This document shows, in pieces, positions 21,713-31,483 of a stretch of 64,000 nt of DNA. The notes beneath the pieces are model-generated. The model saw only the letters and a program-made list of their open reading frames with translations, searched no databases and was not told where the DNA came from. Made by a program: the position numbers and the translations under genes. The stretch is from a virus, in IMG/VR virus record IMGVR_UViG_3300030107_002093, positions 38,726 to 102,725 of that record; one strand, 5' to 3'. Within the stretch, counting starts at the first letter, position 1, and each line of letters begins with the position of its first letter.

Positions 21713-22305
21713 TACCAATCAACTCCTAAATCGAGGACTTCCTCTTGTTCTATGGAGAAGCCCTTCACTACTTTATTGTTCTGGCCGTGTTTCCATAGGT
21801 CAAATACGAGTTGACAGTCCTTTAGACAGTAATCTGCGACCTCAGAATAACCACCAGCCTTCCATACTTCAGGAGCCATCGCACTCTCCATTATCTTATC
21901 AGAGCCAAGGGTGTGTTGAACAAGGTTAGACAGAGAATACCTCTCACCAAACTCCTTGTTCAGTATCCTACTAGTGTCGATGTATGCTCGCTTATCCAAG
22001 TATTTCTTGATGCAGAAGATGTCCATAGCGTTCTTCAAAACGGGAAGGTCGAACCCGACTATGTTGTGTCCCAAGAGGACACCACCCTTCTCAAGGTGGT
22101 CATCCAAGTCAAACTTCAGTTGCGACAGGGGTTTGATTTCCACGTTGCTTTTCTTCAGGTCATCCACTGCCTTGTCGATGTAGATATTGCCCACATCACC
22201 GTCCCATGTGCATACTGTGCTAACTTGAAACATGTGGGTGTTACCCCAACCGCCTATGTCATGAGACATATTCTTAGTTTCCAAGTCTATTGCCAATACA
22301 TTCAT
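21712..22305 (-). CDS. DEDD/DnaQ-like 3'-5' exonuclease
   Basis: DLETK (ExoI), GHNIVGFDLPVL (ExoII), YCLKD (ExoIII). Confidence 0.8.
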   Translation of the reverse strand: MNVLAIDLETKNMSHDIGGWGNTHMFQVSTVCTWDGDVGNIYIDKAVDDLKKSNVEIKPLSQLKFDLDDHLEKGGVLLGHNIVGFDLPVLKNAMDIFCIKKYLDKRAYIDTSRILNKEFGERYSLSNLVQHTLGSDKIMESAMAPEVWKAGGYSEVADYCLKDCQLVFDLWKHGQNNKVVKGFSIEQEEVLDLGVDW

Positions 22306-22562
22306 TGTTTCTTACCACCAGTGTCTTCTTCTGTTCCTGACCAAAGTTCAGCAATCTTATTTTGCTTCGTTTTCGTTGGGTCTGGTGCTTCTATAGCCGC
22401 TCCCTTGACTATCCATGCAACAATATACTCGCCATTGTTGATGGTTATCATGGTGGACAAAGCCCATCCCTCAGCCCCGTAGGTGTTCAACGATTCGTTG
22501 ATTACCTTTGGGCCGTCATTCACATTAAACACTAGATATTGGTGTTCGTATATGTCACTCAT
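22302..22562 (-). CDS. DUF4177-like small protein
   Basis: LNTYGAEGWAL motif. Confidence 0.45.
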   Translation of the reverse strand: MSDIYEHQYLVFNVNDGPKVINESLNTYGAEGWALSTMITINNGEYIVAWIVKGAAIEAPDPTKTKQNKIAELWSGTEEDTGGKKQ

Positions 22563-24039
22563 TGTTTTTCGCCTCCACTAATCTCACATAAGCCCTTCTG
22601 CCTATCATCTTTGTCTCAAATTTATCTCCCAAGTCATTGAACCAACGGTATACAGTGGCTTGACCCTTACTGGTAGTCTTTCTAACTTGCTCTAACATAG
22701 CCGTTTTATTCACCCATTCGTCATCTCCCTTCTTTTTCATGGACATGTATATTTTCCTGAATACTCCATAGTTTGCCTTGTCCTGTAATCCAGTTGCTTG
22801 CACCTTTAGTGCCGTATCTAACCATGATACCAATGATTGATAACACTGTCGAACCAAGAAGGAAGCCTGTCTGACGTTCTTCTCAGTCACAATATACCTC
22901 TTGGACTTATCAGTGATACTAGGTGCTTCCGCAATAGCAGAGAGAACTGCCATTCTAACTAGCGTCCCATTCAACCTCGTAATGAAGTTACTAGCAATAC
23001 TGAATACTTCTGGTCTAGCAGATGCCACATAATTCCTCATCTTCCATGATTCGTTCTTCAAGGAATCCTTGACTCCCTCACCGAACTTCACCGTAGTCAA
23101 CGGGTCTTGACCGTTCTCATCGTAGTGGTTCTTCAAGACATCGTATATCTTCACGAAGTTATTTGCGAATTTGGTGATTGGTAAATCTCTGTTGGATATC
23201 GTTCCTACCTCATCTAGAATAGCATCCCTCAATTCGTCTTGAATTGTCTGAGGAACTTCCCTGATGTAAATCAGGCATCGCTGAATGACACCCTTCTCTG
23301 CTATCACACCAGTCAGTGTCTTTGGTATGTATGTGGTAGCGAAGAGTGACCTACGACATCTACACTCAATGGTATCTCCATCCTTGAGTTTCTTCGTGAT
23401 AACCCAGTTCTCACCGTGTAGAGAATTCATGAATGTATTGAGATACATTACCACGTTCTCTTTGTGTTGAGACTGTTTGAACACACCAGAATACTCAAAC
23501 TCATCATAGGCGGCTAATCCATTGCCTTCCAACGCTCCATCGATTTGAACGGCAACCTGTCTTCTGACCATATTACCGTTCTCATCTTCCTCTTCTTCAA
23601 ACTCAGTTCCCATAGAACCAACCAATGCCGCATCAGTAGTGTCTTTCACTGAGAATATATCAAAGTCTGTGTTATATTTGTCATTAATCAAATCGAAAGT
23701 CAATCTAGATACAGGCCCAAAGAAATCATAGAGAGTAGACTTACCAGTTCCCGATGTCTGCATCCAAAGGAATTGAACTCTGGTATCATCAATCCTCCTC
23801 CCATGTGGGATTGATACCATGTCTTTGCATAACTGTCCTAATAGGGCATAGAAGGATACTGCTGAAGGCACGGGGTTGTATAGCGACACCTGCTCTGCGC
23901 TTCTCATGTATGCCTCTACCACCTTTGGTAGGACAGACTCTTTCGCTCGTCTTTGTATCTGTGCTAGAGAAGCCGTGTTCTCCTGTTGCTCAAAATACAG
24001 TCTATCTTCTTCTTCATTATCATATATTTCCATTTTCAT
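22555..24039 (-). CDS. MCM-like AAA+ ATPase / probable replicative helicase
   Basis: Walker A SGTGKST, TTDAALVGS, Walker B YDEFE, C-terminal winged-helix-like region; adjacent to primase. Confidence 0.65.
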   Translation of the reverse strand: MKMEIYDNEEEDRLYFEQQENTASLAQIQRRAKESVLPKVVEAYMRSAEQVSLYNPVPSAVSFYALLGQLCKDMVSIPHGRRIDDTRVQFLWMQTSGTGKSTLYDFFGPVSRLTFDLINDKYNTDFDIFSVKDTTDAALVGSMGTEFEEEEDENGNMVRRQVAVQIDGALEGNGLAAYDEFEYSGVFKQSQHKENVVMYLNTFMNSLHGENWVITKKLKDGDTIECRCRRSLFATTYIPKTLTGVIAEKGVIQRCLIYIREVPQTIQDELRDAILDEVGTISNRDLPITKFANNFVKIYDVLKNHYDENGQDPLTTVKFGEGVKDSLKNESWKMRNYVASARPEVFSIASNFITRLNGTLVRMAVLSAIAEAPSITDKSKRYIVTEKNVRQASFLVRQCYQSLVSWLDTALKVQATGLQDKANYGVFRKIYMSMKKKGDDEWVNKTAMLEQVRKTTSKGQATVYRWFNDLGDKFETKMIGRRAYVRLVEAKNNE

Positions 24040-24722
24040 ATCACCTGCTTATCCTCCGAATTCATTAATCCGTGGACTCTTTCAGCCAACACTTTACCGA
24101 ACCCATCTAGCATGGCTATCTCTGATGGTGGTGTTTCCCCTATCTCCATTAAGGAGCCAAATTCGTCTATCAACGTCTTGGCCTTCTTCTCACTAATTCC
24201 GGGGATAGTAGTGAGAACGTCTAATCTCAAATCAGTAGTGCTTATTCTCCGTTGTTTAATCAAACGTGGATTGTATACATCTCTGTCAATGGGTTGCATC
24301 TTACAGACTACGCATATCATATGAGCCGCAGTCTTAGCATCTTTCACCCATAGGACACTTGCATCCATGTCTAGCATTATCTTACCAAACGCTCCATGAA
24401 ACTTATTCGATATCGAATTGAAGTGTCCCTTGCCATATTGCCTATAGGCCTTGTATGCAGTATTGAAATCTCCATACACGATTACTATGTTATTGTCGAA
24501 AGCCCTATCCATATTGTCTAATTGATTCCATAGTCTCTTGTTCAATATGGACTGTAGGAAATCGAATGCTGACTTAGCCTCAAAGCATACATCATTGAAT
24601 ACATAGTCTCCTATCTCTAACCATTCCTTTTCAAATGGTATATTCATGGTAGATGCCTTATCGATTACAAAGGCACTCAATTCTGAATCCTCTCTGCTAT
24701 CAATCACCAACTTACTCATCAT
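24036..24722 (-). CDS. ERCC4/XPF-family structure-specific nuclease with HhH domain
   Basis: IDSRE, GDY, EAKS..DF..S motifs; TIPGISEKKA and GFGKVLA HhH motifs. Confidence 0.85.
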   Translation of the reverse strand: MMSKLVIDSREDSELSAFVIDKASTMNIPFEKEWLEIGDYVFNDVCFEAKSAFDFLQSILNKRLWNQLDNMDRAFDNNIVIVYGDFNTAYKAYRQYGKGHFNSISNKFHGAFGKIMLDMDASVLWVKDAKTAAHMICVVCKMQPIDRDVYNPRLIKQRRISTTDLRLDVLTTIPGISEKKAKTLIDEFGSLMEIGETPPSEIAMLDGFGKVLAERVHGLMNSEDKQVI

Positions 24723-25719
24723 GATACCTCCAACACTTACCTACACAATAGCCCTGTGGTATCAGAACTCCCTTACAACTAGGAGCATGATAGCCACGAT
24801 TGACTATGAAATCAACATGGCTCTTGGTCTTCCTCTCATCCCAATCCAACCATATGTCATCCTTAGAGGCAATCGTCTTCAACTCCTCCATGATAGTATC
24901 AGTGATTTGCTTCTTGGCATCTTCATTGACCTCTCTCACACCAAGGCTCAATAAGTCACGGAACCACTGAACAAGATACACCCTAGCATAGTGGCTAGGA
25001 TTCTCCACAGTGATTGAACTATGCAAGCATGGTAGTATGGGCAGACGACCCAATGGCTTAGGGACTTCTACCTCCTCTTCCGATACTGCGACTGGCTTTA
25101 CCTTCGGCCATTGTATTAGTTTGTCTCCCCACAATGTCTTGGCTTTTGCATTCCCTACTGAGAACGTTCTTTCTGGTATGTTTTTCTCAAACGTTCTAGG
25201 ATTGATAAAATAACAATAGTATCCATCAGTGCTTAGGTTCATCGTATTAGGAACCCTACGAAGTCTATTGGTCTGTATGCCAGTTCTATCAAGCGTTGGA
25301 TAATCCTTAGCCAACTCGGAATAATACCGTTGAACGCTTCGGATATCATCAGCCACCTCACCGTAAGCGATGATGTGAAATCCTTTCCCTGAGAATATGG
25401 TGTCATGCTTGATATTATGACTACGAAAGTATTCGTGAACTGCTCTGAAATCCTCATACGCATTCTCAAGAGGCTCATCGTGAGCATCGAAATCTAGGAA
25501 CATCCTATCGATTACTACAGATGAGTCCACCTTCGCATTGTCAGTGAAATCAGCGTAGTCATACACTGTCGTGTAGCAGTTCATTCTTCCGTTGTAGGTA
25601 TTAACCCAATCAACGAATTCCTTCTTACTCTTCACTATCTTTCTTTTCATCTGTGGTGCGTTTCTTAGATGGCTTCCCGCCCACACTTCTCTCGGAAATC
25701 TCATTTTCAATTCCTCCAT
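24712..25719 (-). CDS. Archaeo-eukaryotic primase, PriS fused to a PriL-like Fe-S region
   Basis: FLDFDAH motif I, SGKGFH motif II, RLRRVPNT; C-terminal LPC...SC...YC..KC; probable start 25704. Confidence 0.8.
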   Translation of the reverse strand: MEELKMRFPREVWAGSHLRNAPQMKRKIVKSKKEFVDWVNTYNGRMNCYTTVYDYADFTDNAKVDSSVVIDRMFLDFDAHDEPLENAYEDFRAVHEYFRSHNIKHDTIFSGKGFHIIAYGEVADDIRSVQRYYSELAKDYPTLDRTGIQTNRLRRVPNTMNLSTDGYYCYFINPRTFEKNIPERTFSVGNAKAKTLWGDKLIQWPKVKPVAVSEEEVEVPKPLGRLPILPCLHSSITVENPSHYARVYLVQWFRDLLSLGVREVNEDAKKQITDTIMEELKTIASKDDIWLDWDERKTKSHVDFIVNRGYHAPSCKGVLIPQGYCVGKCWRYHDE

Positions 25720-26038
25720 TAAAATTTACATTTGCGTTCATTAGTTCTTCTTTCAGGTATTGTGCTACCCAACCCTTCAATGCATCGTGCCTTACTCTGT
25801 AGAATAAACCACCAAATGTCTCGATACCATGAGCGTAATAATCTCCTGATTTTGATGCTTCCTCTAGCATTTTTGTGATACCTTCTCCTTCACACATCCT
25901 AGCGATGAAACCGTAATCCAGTTCCTTTTCTAGGATATCAGCAAACTCTTTCACAATACCTTCCATGTCTTGCAAGTCTGCAAAAGTCCATTTCTTTTCA
26001 ATCAACAATTCTTTAACTCTATCTTTTATCTGTTTCAT
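25625..26038 (-). CDS. Hypothetical protein
   Basis: 137 aa ORF within the operon. Confidence 0.5.
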   Translation of the reverse strand: MKQIKDRVKELLIEKKWTFADLQDMEGIVKEFADILEKELDYGFIARMCEGEGITKMLEEASKSGDYYAHGIETFGGLFYRVRHDALKGWVAQYLKEELMNANVNFNGGIENEISERSVGGKPSKKRTTDEKKDSEE

Positions 26039-26165
26039 TATATCAACTCAAATACCTTCGCTATCAATAACAACGACAGGAATATGTTTACCCCTGCCGC
26101 TACTGTTCTAAACAAGGCCATCGTAGCGAAATGGTCTTGCCCCCAATGTTCTATGTCATCACCGT

Positions 26166-27038
26166 TCAAAACCACTCCTCCAAACTACTTTGTTTTATGT
26201 CCTTCTTTATCTGCATTACATTCCATCCCATTGCTCTGAATATAGGGTCAGCCTTCTTCATGATTGACCCAGCATAGTGTAGCCAATCAGGGGTATATCC
26301 ATCGAAGTCGCTCTCCGTTAGCCCTGCCACATACTTCGGTTCAACAGTCTTTTGGTGTATAGGATGGAAATACACGTTGTTAGGATTCACTATCCTACAA
26401 AAGAGATAGGAGTCTGTTATCGGCACATCATTGATGGCATTGTAGTATACAATACCCTCGATGCCAGCACCAATGGTTGGCCTCTTTCCTTCTAGTGTCT
26501 GCAATGTCATGTTATTGCAACACGCCCCATTAGTCAAGGAATCGAAATCATTCTTCCTTTTGCAATTACTGCACTTGACCTTGAATCTCTCTTCCCTGAA
26601 TCGACTACGCTTCAAAATGTCAGTAATCGGAATCTGTCCTGATAAAACCGTGTAATATTTATCTCTCAAAAATTCCACTATTTCTGCTTCATCCTTGTTT
26701 TCAACCCACATGTTGAGAACTGCTATCTGAACTTCCTTGGCTAGTTTAGTCTCAGAGACTCTCTTAGCAGTGAAGCCAGTCATGGTGAATTCCTTGTCAT
26801 CTAGGAACTTACCATCCTTCCAAGTAATCAAACCAGCGTTTCTGTTCTTTACACAACCAACACCGAGGGATTCAAAGTATTTCTCAAACTCAAGAACCAC
26901 AGGGTGTTCGTCTAACTCTAGGAGATTAGGAAAGAACTTCCTTACATGGTCATTGAGTTTACCCAAGTTCTCTTGTGCTTCCTCAACAGAATCCACTTGG
27001 CAGTAGATTGAATCTGTATGTCCGTAAACTACTTTCAT
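26166..27038 (-). CDS. polB: Family B DNA polymerase, C-terminal part (motif C and thumb)
   Basis: YGHTDS, LEFEK, KNRNAG, GFTAKR; PIP-like QSSLEEWF at the C-terminus. Confidence 0.85.
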   Translation of the reverse strand: MKVVYGHTDSIYCQVDSVEEAQENLGKLNDHVRKFFPNLLELDEHPVVLEFEKYFESLGVGCVKNRNAGLITWKDGKFLDDKEFTMTGFTAKRVSETKLAKEVQIAVLNMWVENKDEAEIVEFLRDKYYTVLSGQIPITDILKRSRFREERFKVKCSNCKRKNDFDSLTNGACCNNMTLQTLEGKRPTIGAGIEGIVYYNAINDVPITDSYLFCRIVNPNNVYFHPIHQKTVEPKYVAGLTESDFDGYTPDWLHYAGSIMKKADPIFRAMGWNVMQIKKDIKQSSLEEWF

Positions 27039-27220
27039 TTCTTCTCCTCCTTGTGTTCATCCAACAAATGCCCTGCCCTTGCTTGTAATTCATAGGCATA
27101 ACATTGTTTACAGTAATGAGTCTTTGACACTAGGTCACTTTTGTTTGATGGCATTAACCGACAACTTCTGTAGCCTAAGTCAATAACAGTCGCAGGTTCT
27201 TCACAATTATAACACTTCAT
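27035..27220 (-). CDS. Small Zn-finger protein
   Basis: CYNC...CKQC. Confidence 0.55.
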   Translation of the reverse strand: MKCYNCEEPATVIDLGYRSCRLMPSNKSDLVSKTHYCKQCYAYELQARAGHLLDEHKEEKK

Positions 27221-27453
27221 TCTTCCCTCTCCATATATTTTGTGTGGTCTTTGGGCAACTTGTGTTGTCTCCTAACCATCATGTTACTAAGATAGGTGCT
27301 GATGTTAGTAGCCCCTGTTCGGAACCGCTTCTCGGCAACCTTGTCTCCTTCTGGAACCATCTCAGCCATTAGTCCATCTAACCATGCTCTACGACCAACC
27401 CATTCTAGTATCTCGTATTCCACATGGGCTACGCTTCTTGCTCTACTGGTCAT
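27217..27453 (-). CDS. Hypothetical protein
   Basis: ATGA-coupled 78 aa ORF. Confidence 0.55.
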   Translation of the reverse strand: MTSRARSVAHVEYEILEWVGRRAWLDGLMAEMVPEGDKVAEKRFRTGATNISTYLSNMMVRRQHKLPKDHTKYMEREE

Positions 27454-27656
27454 TCTACCTCACCTTCCGATGGCTGACAATCACTATTATAGCAAAGAAA
27501 CGTAACCTCATGTTGCACTTCGTAGTTTACATCCATAGGTGAGTCGTATTCGGGATGGCCTCTCCAACCCTCATAAAAGCAATAAGTGGACGGTTGTATA
27601 TACATATTCTCTCCACACTTCGGACATTTTACGTTCATAGCGGTCTTCCAAGTCAT
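27450..27656 (-). CDS. Small Zn-ribbon protein
   Basis: CPKCGENMY...FLCYNSDC. Confidence 0.55.
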   Translation of the reverse strand: MTWKTAMNVKCPKCGENMYIQPSTYCFYEGWRGHPEYDSPMDVNYEVQHEVTFLCYNSDCQPSEGEVE

Positions 27657-27838
27657 TCTTCCTCACCATATCCCCAATTCTTCAAGTCCTTCTCAGTCCA
27701 AGGAGTTCTCATTTGAATCACATCAGCAACTAACTGGTTGATACATGTTGGACAGACCGGGCCTGATGTTGTGCTTTGTAGGGTTATTACACCCACACCA
27801 ACATTACCACCTTCTACATTACAAATTACACATTTCAT
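27653..27838 (-). CDS. Small Zn-finger protein
   Basis: CVIC...CPTC. Confidence 0.55.
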   Translation of the reverse strand: MKCVICNVEGGNVGVGVITLQSTTSGPVCPTCINQLVADVIQMRTPWTEKDLKNWGYGEEE

Positions 27839-28029
27839 ATGTCATCCTCCTTCGGTTTGCACTCTTCGTTGTAGCAATTGAAGGAAACTTCGTAGCACCC
27901 TTCATAGTAGCCGTTCAATTCATCATCATCCCAGCGAACGTGCCACTGCTCCTCTGTTGTTTTCAAGAACATATTGTAATACATCTCCTTTCCACACTTC
28001 GGGCAGTTTGGTCTGAAAAAACTATTCAT
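27835..28029 (-). CDS. Small Zn-ribbon protein, paralogue of 27450-27656
   Basis: CPKCGKEMY...FNCYNEEC. Confidence 0.55.
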   Translation of the reverse strand: MNSFFRPNCPKCGKEMYYNMFLKTTEEQWHVRWDDDELNGYYEGCYEVSFNCYNEECKPKEDDI

Positions 28030-28130
28030 TTCTTATTCCTCCTTTCCATATTACGTTGGTATCTTTCCCATGTCATTCCTTCGTCAAAGGTCAACCACTT
28101 CCATAGTTTCTTTATCCACTTAATCATCAT
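28026..28130 (-). CDS. 34 aa micro-protein
   Basis: Manual translation MMIKWIKKLWKWLTFDEG...; ATGA overlaps at both ends. Confidence 0.45.
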   Translation of the reverse strand: MMIKWIKKLWKWLTFDEGMTWERYQRNMERRNKK

Positions 28131-29788
28131 AACTCCCTCGCTTTGAATGCGGCCTCTCTAATGGCCTGTCTTGCACTAGCAGTGATACTAGCCGCAAGGT
28201 CTACGTTAGCCCAACCAAACCCCTGATATGCAATGATACCATAGAAGGAAGCCATCAATCTCTTGACTGCTAATTGGTTGTTATTCCACTTGTTATAATC
28301 ACTTGTCGTTTCAGCGTTTCTCATCAAGGACTTGTATTCATTCCTCAATTGCTTCAACTCAAGTAGAGCCTTCGGGAGAATCCCCAACTCATCAGTTTTG
28401 AAATACATCATCTCGTATTCGGTTTCAGCACTGAAATCCTTGGGGGTTTTGATATTGACTCCAAAGGCAGTCGGTTCATCAGAGATTGTCTCAAATGAAA
28501 TGTTACGCGCAATTGTCATGCTCGGATAAAGCCCAGCGAAATCGAATGCGGCGACACCCAAATGTAATCCATTTGTGGACTCACTGAGCGGGTCATACAC
28601 CATTGCCCCATCGTATGCTACCCTCTGCCCTTTCTCGCCAGTAGGAGCCTTCCAAGGGGCATTTCTCATGAAATATATGCCTCCCATGTTACTTGCATAG
28701 AAACATGCATCGAAGGGAGCCTTCAGAAGTCTCTGGAGTGACAGTATTGCTTCTGTTGTGTGTTGCATTTCATCTATTCGGACTAATAGTTCAACGTCAA
28801 CCCTCGCGTATTCCAAATAGGTTTCAGTATCCTCAAGCCAACCCCTTGCAAAGAACTCATTCTTATCAGGGAACTTCTCACTGACGAGTTTCTTTGAACC
28901 TAGAACTGTCTCTGCAACGTAATCCAATGCCATTGACGGTAGTGTCCCTCTTTGTGCATCGTTCCATTGTCTCTCAAATGCCATGTCCAGAGGCACACAT
29001 ATCCTTCCCTTGATTGGTTGTGATATAGGAGAGTAGTTGTGAATCGCTTCTTCATAGCCTGACTTGTTCACTCCTGTTATCTCGTTGAATGGAGACATCA
29101 AACGTGGGTCTAAACCGTGAGCCACTATACGTTCAATCAACTTAGGCAAGTCGAACTTCCAACCGAACCAAGAGATAAGCATGTCAGGGTCTTGTTCAAT
29201 CATATCAGCCATGAACGCAACTAACATCTTCTGCTCTGAATGGTATAGACGATTTGTAGAAACATCGTATCCCTTTTCTAGCATTTCCTCTACGTTTGGA
29301 CACCACCAATAAGTAGTGTATCTTCTCTTGTAATTATCATATACAACAATACAAGTGATAGCACCGTCATGTTCTCCACCTTGCATCCACTCCATATCCC
29401 AATACCACTTACGCATCTCGTATTCTGGTATCTCATCTATGCAATCCACCGCATACCTGTAATGGTGTGCAACATCTGCTTCATATGTCTGACCTAACTT
29501 ATCGCGTAACCTGTAGGAGTATGATGGCCTTGCTGGTTTCCAAGTGACCTTGACTAAATCATTACCCTCTAGGTTCTTGTAGTCACCTTCCTCGGTGTTT
29601 ATCTCAAGTCGAAACCTACCCCACCTATCCTTGAACATCAAGTTCTCTATCTCCGTATATGGAGAGTCCTTCTCAATGAAGAAGTATGGCGGGAACTCCT
29701 TGAAAGAGACAACTTTCTCTTCTCTCTCAAGGGTTTCCGGGTTTCTAGTTCTTATTCCTATTCCATCGTTTATTCTACTAATTATCAT
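28127..29788 (-). CDS. polB: Family B DNA polymerase, N-terminal part (3'-5' exonuclease, motifs A and B)
   Basis: WDMEW, FDLPKL, YARVDV exonuclease motifs; FDFAGLYPS motif A; KRLMASFYG motif B. Confidence 0.9.
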   Translation of the reverse strand: MIISRINDGIGIRTRNPETLEREEKVVSFKEFPPYFFIEKDSPYTEIENLMFKDRWGRFRLEINTEEGDYKNLEGNDLVKVTWKPARPSYSYRLRDKLGQTYEADVAHHYRYAVDCIDEIPEYEMRKWYWDMEWMQGGEHDGAITCIVVYDNYKRRYTTYWWCPNVEEMLEKGYDVSTNRLYHSEQKMLVAFMADMIEQDPDMLISWFGWKFDLPKLIERIVAHGLDPRLMSPFNEITGVNKSGYEEAIHNYSPISQPIKGRICVPLDMAFERQWNDAQRGTLPSMALDYVAETVLGSKKLVSEKFPDKNEFFARGWLEDTETYLEYARVDVELLVRIDEMQHTTEAILSLQRLLKAPFDACFYASNMGGIYFMRNAPWKAPTGEKGQRVAYDGAMVYDPLSESTNGLHLGVAAFDFAGLYPSMTIARNISFETISDEPTAFGVNIKTPKDFSAETEYEMMYFKTDELGILPKALLELKQLRNEYKSLMRNAETTSDYNKWNNNQLAVKRLMASFYGIIAYQGFGWANVDLAASITASARQAIREAAFKAREL

Positions 29789-29792
29789 AATC

Positions 29793-30590
29793 TCACCTTG
29801 TTAGGTAAGGAGCCTTAATCATCATCCTGTTTGATGATGAGAACAGTATCGGGCTATCGTCCTTCATGTATATCGTTACAGGGCCGTGCATGAACCCACT
29901 GAAGGGGCCAGTGAACTCAACTGTTGATGGGTCACCAACTCCCTCCAATAACTCAATCTCAATCTCAATATTATCCACTTCGCTTTTCTTTGAACTAATG
30001 GTTAGTTTATCACCACCATATTCAAACTTGTATCTAGCCACACCAAGAACGTCACACGCCTTGGATGCCTCTATCATGTCTGCTTCCACAGTGCTTAGTT
30101 TACATTCATACTCTGTCTTACCGAATGACACTCCTCCTACAGATGGGGTTCCTTCTATGGTCGGGCCAGTCAACTGTAACATGTCATAGTTAGTAATCCT
30201 CGTAACCATATCCATGTTAGGGTGTGTTAGCACCTTAGACATGGATGCCTTCTTACCTGCACTACTCAATGTAATGTAGTCATCAGAGGTAAACGTGACA
30301 TCCTCACTGAATACCTTCAAATGCTTCAACATTGCACTTATATCAACAACGCACATTCCAGTCGCATTGTCTTCATCGGTAAACCAATGGTCTATTCTAC
30401 AAGCGACTGATGCACTAGCATTCACTATGTTCAATATAGTGTGCGGTGGATTACCCTCGATAAGTAACACTGCATATTCTGATAATGAACCGTTCTTTGA
30501 TTCATGTCCGTTGTAATACTTACCCTTTAGGTAAACGTCTTCTAGATAATTTCTTAATTTCTTTGCTTTAATTGTAAATCTCATAACCAA
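29793..30590 (-). CDS. PCNA-like sliding clamp
   Basis: 265 aa, position next to polB, C-terminal DDSPILF..MIKAP pattern; RFC and PIP-box proteins present in the same operon. Confidence 0.65.
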   Translation of the reverse strand: MVMRFTIKAKKLRNYLEDVYLKGKYYNGHESKNGSLSEYAVLLIEGNPPHTILNIVNASASVACRIDHWFTDEDNATGMCVVDISAMLKHLKVFSEDVTFTSDDYITLSSAGKKASMSKVLTHPNMDMVTRITNYDMLQLTGPTIEGTPSVGGVSFGKTEYECKLSTVEADMIEASKACDVLGVARYKFEYGGDKLTISSKKSEVDNIEIEIELLEGVGDPSTVEFTGPFSGFMHGPVTIYMKDDSPILFSSSNRMMIKAPYLTR

Positions 30591-31483
30591 CTCTCCTCGT
30601 TAGCGGCATCACAAATTCCATAGTAACTACAACTAGCACAGGTCTTTGCAAAATACTTCGTGGGGAATATCCCATTCTCATATGAATGAAGCAATTGGGA
30701 CATCCCCTTAATCACCGAAGTGTAACTTCCTTTCTTCTTCGGTTCCAGATGGATGTAGTTAGACGCTGGGTAATACCAGCCCCAATGCGTGATGGGTATG
30801 TTCCTATCCAACCCATGTTCTCTCAGTGTCTCTTCAGGACAGTTCTCAAACAACAACTGATAGAAGGCCATTTCCTTCCTCATCATCGTAGTCTTGTAGT
30901 CCTTCCAAGCACCAGTCTTCAACTCCATAGGAATGTATGCACCATCCTCATGAAACATACGGTCAATGATTCCCTGTAAGTGAACAACATAATCCCTACT
31001 AAGGGGAAACTTCTCGTTGCCATCTGCTTCTATTGTTATCTCAGCATCCAGCATCACCTCATTGACCACGGGTATGAAGTCCTCCATCATCGATTCGGCC
31101 TTTGCCTCTAAGAAGCGATTGGCCTCAAAGATGGACATAGCCTCATACATCTCCGTGTAGTCATCAATGGGATGAAGACTCATACAGTAATTCACAAGTT
31201 CCGCATGGGAGAGGTTCTCCGCCTTCTTTATGTCGAAGGCATTGAAGAAGTCCTCTCTTGCATTGTGAATTATAGTTCCCTTGACCATTGCCTCAGTTTG
31301 GTCTTGAGGCAGTTTGTCTATGTAACTGAACTCGTATTTCTTCGGACACCAATTGTATGAACCAAACGAAGACTTGGTAATCTTCAGGATTGGTGCATCA
31401 GGGTCGTCATAGTTCTCTGGTTGGAACTGATAGGTATACTCTCTCATAGTTCTCCCTTCTTTAATGAAGGAAGACCCGTCCAA
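30581..31483 (-). CDS. Cas4-like PD-(D/E)XK exonuclease with Fe-S cysteines
   Basis: WCPKK, GTIIH, GIIDR, ELKTG, CASCSYYGIC; likely start near 31447. Confidence 0.8.
   Translation of the reverse strand: MDGSSFIKEGRTMREYTYQFQPENYDDPDAPILKITKSSFGSYNWCPKKYEFSYIDKLPQDQTEAMVKGTIIHNAREDFFNAFDIKKAENLSHAELVNYCMSLHPIDDYTEMYEAMSIFEANRFLEAKAESMMEDFIPVVNEVMLDAEITIEADGNEKFPLSRDYVVHLQGIIDRMFHEDGAYIPMELKTGAWKDYKTTMMRKEMAFYQLLFENCPEETLREHGLDRNIPITHWGWYYPASNYIHLEPKKKGSYTSVIKGMSQLLHSYENGIFPTKYFAKTCASCSYYGICDAANEESWL

Noticed and set aside
27039-28126. Intein or intron interrupting polB
   Set aside because: No intein Cys/His-Asn termini; the gap is fully tiled by coupled small ORFs
30581-31483. CRISPR-Cas system suggested by the Cas4-like gene
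   Set aside because: No cas1/cas2 or repeat-spacer array; solo Cas4-like nucleases are routine in archaeal virus replication modules
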